From Gammaproteobacteria bacterium (lineage in GTDB: Bacteria; Pseudomonadota; Gammaproteobacteria; Eutrophobiales; Eutrophobiaceae): DNA of 64,000 bases. Shown here piece by piece: positions 60,524 to 64,000 of this stretch. Below the pieces are notes generated by a model, which did no database searches, was not told the DNA's origin, and was given only the letters and a program-made list of their open reading frames with translations. The stretch lies in assembly GCA_963422205.2 (NCBI GenBank), contig CAXMWX010000011.1, forward strand, positions 69,673 to 133,672, given 5' to 3'. Every line of letters starts with the position of its first letter. Position 1 is the first letter of the stretch. The translations under genes and the position numbers were made by a program.

Positions 60524-60985
60524 GTGGACAAGTTCGATAAAGACATACTGAAGCTGTTGCAACAAGATGCCAGCCTGCCGCTGGCTGAGTTGGCCGAGTT
60601 GGTTTCCCTGTCAAAAACGGCCTGCTGGCGGCGGCTGCAAAAATTGCAGGCCAATGGCGTGATCACAGCACGCATCTGCCTCCTGGATGCAAAGAAACTG
60701 AATCTGTCATTGACGGTGTTTATTTCCGTGCGTACCAATCGGCATGATCGGGACTGGCTGGATAACTTCGCCGAAGTCGTCACCGCCCTTCCTGAAATCC
60801 AGGAGATCTACCGTATGAGTGGCGATCTGGATTATCTGCTGCGCGCCACCGTCACCGACATGGCAGGTTATGATGCGTTGTATAAAAAATTAATCCGGAA
60901 TGTTTCTCTGTATGATATCAGCGCCAGTTTCGTGATGGAGACCATCAAACGCACAACGCAACTGCCCCTGACTTACATGGATTAA
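60524..60985 (+). CDS. Lrp/AsnC-family transcriptional regulator
   Basis: 153 aa. LDKFDKDILKLLQQDASLPLAELAELVSLSKTACWRRLQKLQANGVI HTH and a C-terminal RAM-like domain. GTG start. Divergent from the PLP enzyme across a very AT-rich 147-bp gap. Confidence 0.85.
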   Translation: MDKFDKDILKLLQQDASLPLAELAELVSLSKTACWRRLQKLQANGVITARICLLDAKKLNLSLTVFISVRTNRHDRDWLDNFAEVVTALPEIQEIYRMSGDLDYLLRATVTDMAGYDALYKKLIRNVSLYDISASFVMETIKRTTQLPLTYMD

Positions 60986-61208
60986 ATGCAGGCATCAAGG
61001 ATAAACCCTGGGTATAACACAGCACGTCTGCAACGCTTTCTTATCCCGTGCTGACAGCGATTACAATGCGATAACCGAACAGATAAGGATGAGTAGATGA
61101 CGGCACAGCGATTTACCGCCACCGAGGATCTGATGCTGGCGGTGAAAGCGATTGCAACGCTTAAACAGCACGCCGCCCCATTGCCATCCTGAGAGGCATT
61201 AATCTGCC

Positions 61209-61523
61209 ATGAACATCATCGATATCTGGGTGAACTGCCCCTCCAGAGAGGTGGCTGAGAAAATCGCCGCGGTGTTGCTGCAAAAAAGACTCATCGCCTG
61301 TGCCAATATCTTCGCCAGCATAGACAGCGCATATCACTGGCAAGGCAACATGGAACGGGATACGGAAATACCCCTGCTGTTAAAAAGCAAAGCAGTGTTG
61401 TTTGCCGAAATAGCCGCCGAGATACAACGCATGCACCCCTATGAGATACCGCCGATTACGGGAGTCCCGGTGACACAAGTCAATGCAGCCTATAAAGACT
61501 GGGTGATCAGCGAAACGAAGTAA
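61209..61523 (+). CDS. cutA: Divalent-cation tolerance protein CutA
   Basis: 104 aa with a KRLIACANI...SAYHWQG...E core typical of CutA1. Confidence 0.85.
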   Translation: MNIIDIWVNCPSREVAEKIAAVLLQKRLIACANIFASIDSAYHWQGNMERDTEIPLLLKSKAVLFAEIAAEIQRMHPYEIPPITGVPVTQVNAAYKDWVISETK

Positions 61524-62003
61524 TCGGGCAGGTGGTGGGCTGGCTATGGCATCAGTTCTACGATAATCCTCATCGCCAGGTGCGGCAGCGCCTGTGGCAA
61601 GGCGAAAACAGATCGTCCCGGCCTATCTGCTTTGGTGGATTAACCGGCCATCATCGCAGCGCTATCTCAACTCAAGATCAAGGGCAACGATGCTGAAAAT
61701 GATGGACAGGCAATCTCTGGAAAACCGTGAAAAACCAACACCGGTAACAGCTAACGACTCACACTCACCGAAAGGCAAGCCGCACAACACTGGGAAAAGA
61801 ACATGACCAGTGAATCCATTAACCAGAAAGACGTGAATAGCACCGCCCAGGCGGCCTGCAATACCTTATCAAGGCATGATGGATGCGGCGGGTTACTAAG
61901 GATGATATTCTGGTGATGTTCCTCCTGGAAGATATCTCGGATGTATGGAGAAGCCACGATATGAGAAGTGCCGCAAACGATATGATCGTGTGTTTCAAGC
62001 GGC

Positions 62004-62095
62004 TGGCGGAGAGAGAGGGATTCGAACCCTCGATACGGGATGAACCGTATACACACTTTCCAGGCGTGCGCCTTCAACCACTCGGCCACCTCTCC
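62004..62095 (-). tRNA. tRNA-Ser (anticodon GGA), CCA encoded
   Basis: Hand-folded minus-strand sequence: GGAGAGG-TG-GCCGAGTGGTTGAAGGC-G-CACGC-CTGGAAA-GTGTG, a long variable arm TATACGGTTCATCCCGTATC, then GAGGG-TTCGAAT-CCCTC-TCTCTCC-GCCA. 92 nt, class II tRNA. Confidence 0.9.
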
Positions 62096-62155
62096 ACAAC
62101 CCTAAGCTGACAGAACGCCAAGGCGGGCAAGTAATACCTGATGGTGGCAGATGAG

Positions 62156-63892
62156 TCAATTAAATTGCAGCTTCGCCAGGCGGGCATACAGCCCCTGCCG
62201 GGCAACTAATACCTCGTGTTTGCCCTCATCCACGATCCTGCCCTGCTGCATCACAATAATCCGGTCGGCCTGTTTAACTGTGGCCAGCCGATGGGCGATG
62301 ACAATCACCGTACGCCCGCACATTAATCGTTGCAATGCCTGCTGTACCAGGTGCTCACTTTCCGCATCCAGTGAACTGGTGGCCTCATCTAACAATAACA
62401 CCGGCGGGTCTTTTAACAGCGCACGGGCGATGGCGATACGTTGTTGTTGCCCGGCGGATAATCCTGCCCCTTTCTCAGCCAGACGGGTTTGATAGGCCGC
62501 TGGCAGACTCTCGATAAACTCCCTGGCACAGGCCGCCTTCGCCGCCTGCCTCACCTGCTCATCTGTAGCCGCCGAATCGCCCATGCGAATATTCTCCATC
62601 ACACTGCTGGCAAACAACAGGGTCTGCTGCGGGACGAGACCGATCTGTCGGCGCAGGTCTTGCAGGCTGACCTGTCTGATATCACAATCGGATAACATGA
62701 TCCTGCCGGCCTCGGGATCATAAAAGCGCAACAATAATTGAAACACCGTGCTTTTGCCCGCCCCTGAGGGCCCGACCAGGGCGACTGTCTCCCCCGGTGC
62801 AACCTGCAAGCTGAAATCGCACAAGGTTCGTTGTTCTTTGCGGGCAGGATAACGGAAACTTACCTTATCGAATTGCAATTTCCCCGCCATCTGCACTGGT
62901 AAGGCGATGGGGCGTGTCGGTGTGGTGATTTCCGCCTGGCTTTGCAATAATTCGGTGAGCCTTTCCATGGCACCTGCCGCCCGCTGTACATCACCCCAGA
63001 CCTCGCCGAGTGCCGTGCTGCTGCCTGCAACAATCGTGGCATAGAGTAAAAACTGGCCGAGCGCACCGGGGGTGATTTCACCATCAATGACGGCCTGCGC
63101 CCCGGTCCACAAGACGATCACAATGGCACTGAAGGCAGTCAAGACGATAATGCCGGACAACACAGAACTGACCAGCAGGCGCTGCCGTGCTGCCTGAAAC
63201 GAGGCTTCGACAGACAAGGCAAAACGCCTCCCTTGCTGCCGCTCCTGCGTGAATGCCTGGATGATGTGAATGGCATTGAGGATCTCGCCGGCGATGCCGC
63301 TTGACTCGGCAATTTTATCCTGGGTAATCCTGGACAGGCGCCGCACTTTTCTGCCATACAGCCATAAAGGCACAACGACAACCGGCAGCAAGACAAACAA
63401 CAACAGGGTCAGGCGGCTGCTGGTGATAAACAACATGATCAACGCACCGGTCAACATGAACCCACTACGCAATGCGATTGACAAGCCCGCCCCTATCACT
63501 GACTGCACCAGAGTGGTGTCCGTGGTTAAACGTGACAACACCTCGCCAGTACGGGTATCCTCATAAAATGTCGGCCCCAGATTGAGGACATGCTGATAGA
63601 CAGCGGTGCGAATGTCTGCCACCACCCGCTCCCCAATCCACATCACACAGTAATAACGCAGCGAGGAGAATACAGCTAACGCCATGGCCAGAAGCAACAG
63701 GCTCAGAAAGTAGGCGTGTATGGTGCCCTCCCCTGTCCTGGAAAATCCATGATCGATGACATGGCGGATCGCCACCGGCATGGATAAAGCAGACAGGGCG
63801 GCCAGCGACAGACACAGAAAAGCCATCAGCAGGCGTAACCTGTACGGCCATAGAAAAGGCAGGCTTCGGGCTAAAGGGCGCAGTTTTTTCAC
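62156..63892 (-). CDS. ABC exporter, fused transmembrane + ATP-binding domains (MsbA/ABCB-like)
   Basis: 578 aa. A six-TM N-terminal half, then Walker A GPSGAGKST, signature LSAGQQQR and Walker B LLLDEATSSLD. Confidence 0.85.
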   Translation of the reverse strand: MKKLRPLARSLPFLWPYRLRLLMAFLCLSLAALSALSMPVAIRHVIDHGFSRTGEGTIHAYFLSLLLLAMALAVFSSLRYYCVMWIGERVVADIRTAVYQHVLNLGPTFYEDTRTGEVLSRLTTDTTLVQSVIGAGLSIALRSGFMLTGALIMLFITSSRLTLLLFVLLPVVVVPLWLYGRKVRRLSRITQDKIAESSGIAGEILNAIHIIQAFTQERQQGRRFALSVEASFQAARQRLLVSSVLSGIIVLTAFSAIVIVLWTGAQAVIDGEITPGALGQFLLYATIVAGSSTALGEVWGDVQRAAGAMERLTELLQSQAEITTPTRPIALPVQMAGKLQFDKVSFRYPARKEQRTLCDFSLQVAPGETVALVGPSGAGKSTVFQLLLRFYDPEAGRIMLSDCDIRQVSLQDLRRQIGLVPQQTLLFASSVMENIRMGDSAATDEQVRQAAKAACAREFIESLPAAYQTRLAEKGAGLSAGQQQRIAIARALLKDPPVLLLDEATSSLDAESEHLVQQALQRLMCGRTVIVIAHRLATVKQADRIIVMQQGRIVDEGKHEVLVARQGLYARLAKLQFN

Positions 63893-64000
63893 GTGGTGAA
63901 TCGGCCTGTCTGTACAATGGCTAACAAATGCAGGCTGTGTATTGTGGCTGAAACAGGCGGGCTGCCTTGTGTCAACCCGGCCCTGTCAACATAAACAGCA

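Noticed and set aside
61097-61192. A 31-codon ORF (MTAQRFTATEDLMLAVKAIATLKQHAAPLPS) with AAGGA upstream, ending 16 nt before cutA.
   Set aside because: It is plausible as a leader peptide or small protein, but there is no independent evidence. Not called.
61594-61806. A 70-aa plus-strand ORF downstream of cutA.
   Set aside because: It has no ribosome-binding site that I can see, its composition is basic and low-complexity, and I recognise no family. Left unannotated.
61751-62089. A 112-aa minus-strand ORF.
   Set aside because: Its 5' part is the tRNA-Ser gene read as protein (MAEWLKAHAWKV...), so it is an artefact.
46147-62095. The idea that the catabolic locus is a tRNA-Ser-associated genomic island.
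   Set aside because: I found no integrase, no transposase and no visible direct repeat of the tRNA 3' end. Composition looks similar to the flanks by eye. The idea is kept only as a low-interest check.
1-64000. CRISPR arrays, defence islands, toxin-antitoxin pairs, insertion sequences and prophage remnants.
   Set aside because: I found no spaced repeat arrays, and no transposase, integrase, nuclease or ATPase defence-type ORFs. The only repeats are the 96-bp duplication, the 27-bp prc repeat and short promoter-region repeats.

Overview
This window is a moderately GC-rich chromosomal segment with gammaproteobacterial gene order. I found no rRNA, CRISPR array, transposase, integrase or phage genes.

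**1 to ~21.7 kb.** This is the conserved housekeeping block dnaE(partial)-rnhB-lpxB-lpxA-fabZ-lpxD-skp-bamA-rseP-dxr-cdsA-uppS-frr-pyrH-tsf-rpsB on the minus strand. The divergent map-glnD-mutH-dusA run follows it on the plus strand.

**~21.7 to 46.1 kb.** This part is a mosaic of envelope, stress and storage functions:
- an SGNH lipoprotein, an FKBP isomerase, a sugar dehydrogenase and prc
- manC, an HDAC-like deacetylase translationally coupled to mtaB, and a PilZ-like protein
- a divergent cytoplasmic and exported msrA pair next to a TlpA-like thioredoxin
- phasin, an AEC transporter, cobB and a cNMP-domain protein
- a betaine-type ABC importer, an MBL hydrolase, class I phaC and leuCD

**~46.1 to 61 kb.** This is the most interesting part, an apparently uncharacterised catabolic locus. 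It holds:
- a TonB-dependent receptor and a FadR-type GntR regulator
- an operon of a frameshifted HMG-CoA-lyase-like gene, hydantoinase/oxoprolinase A and B, and an isochorismatase-type cysteine hydrolase
- a divergent family III CoA-transferase
- a racemase-superfamily protein that seems to lack both catalytic cysteines, followed by two NTF2/SnoaL-like paralogs
- a long class V PLP enzyme with a divergent Lrp/AsnC regulator

Every promoter gap of this locus carries a TGTATACA-core palindrome. The locus also contains an exact 96-bp tandem duplication and a frameshift in a homopolymer run.

**Right end.** The window finishes with cutA, tRNA-Ser(GGA) and an MsbA-like ABC exporter.

**Second signal.** The phasin and phaC promoters lie 8 kb apart but share a nearly identical -10/operator module.

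All functional calls come from by-eye motif and family recognition. No database search was run.
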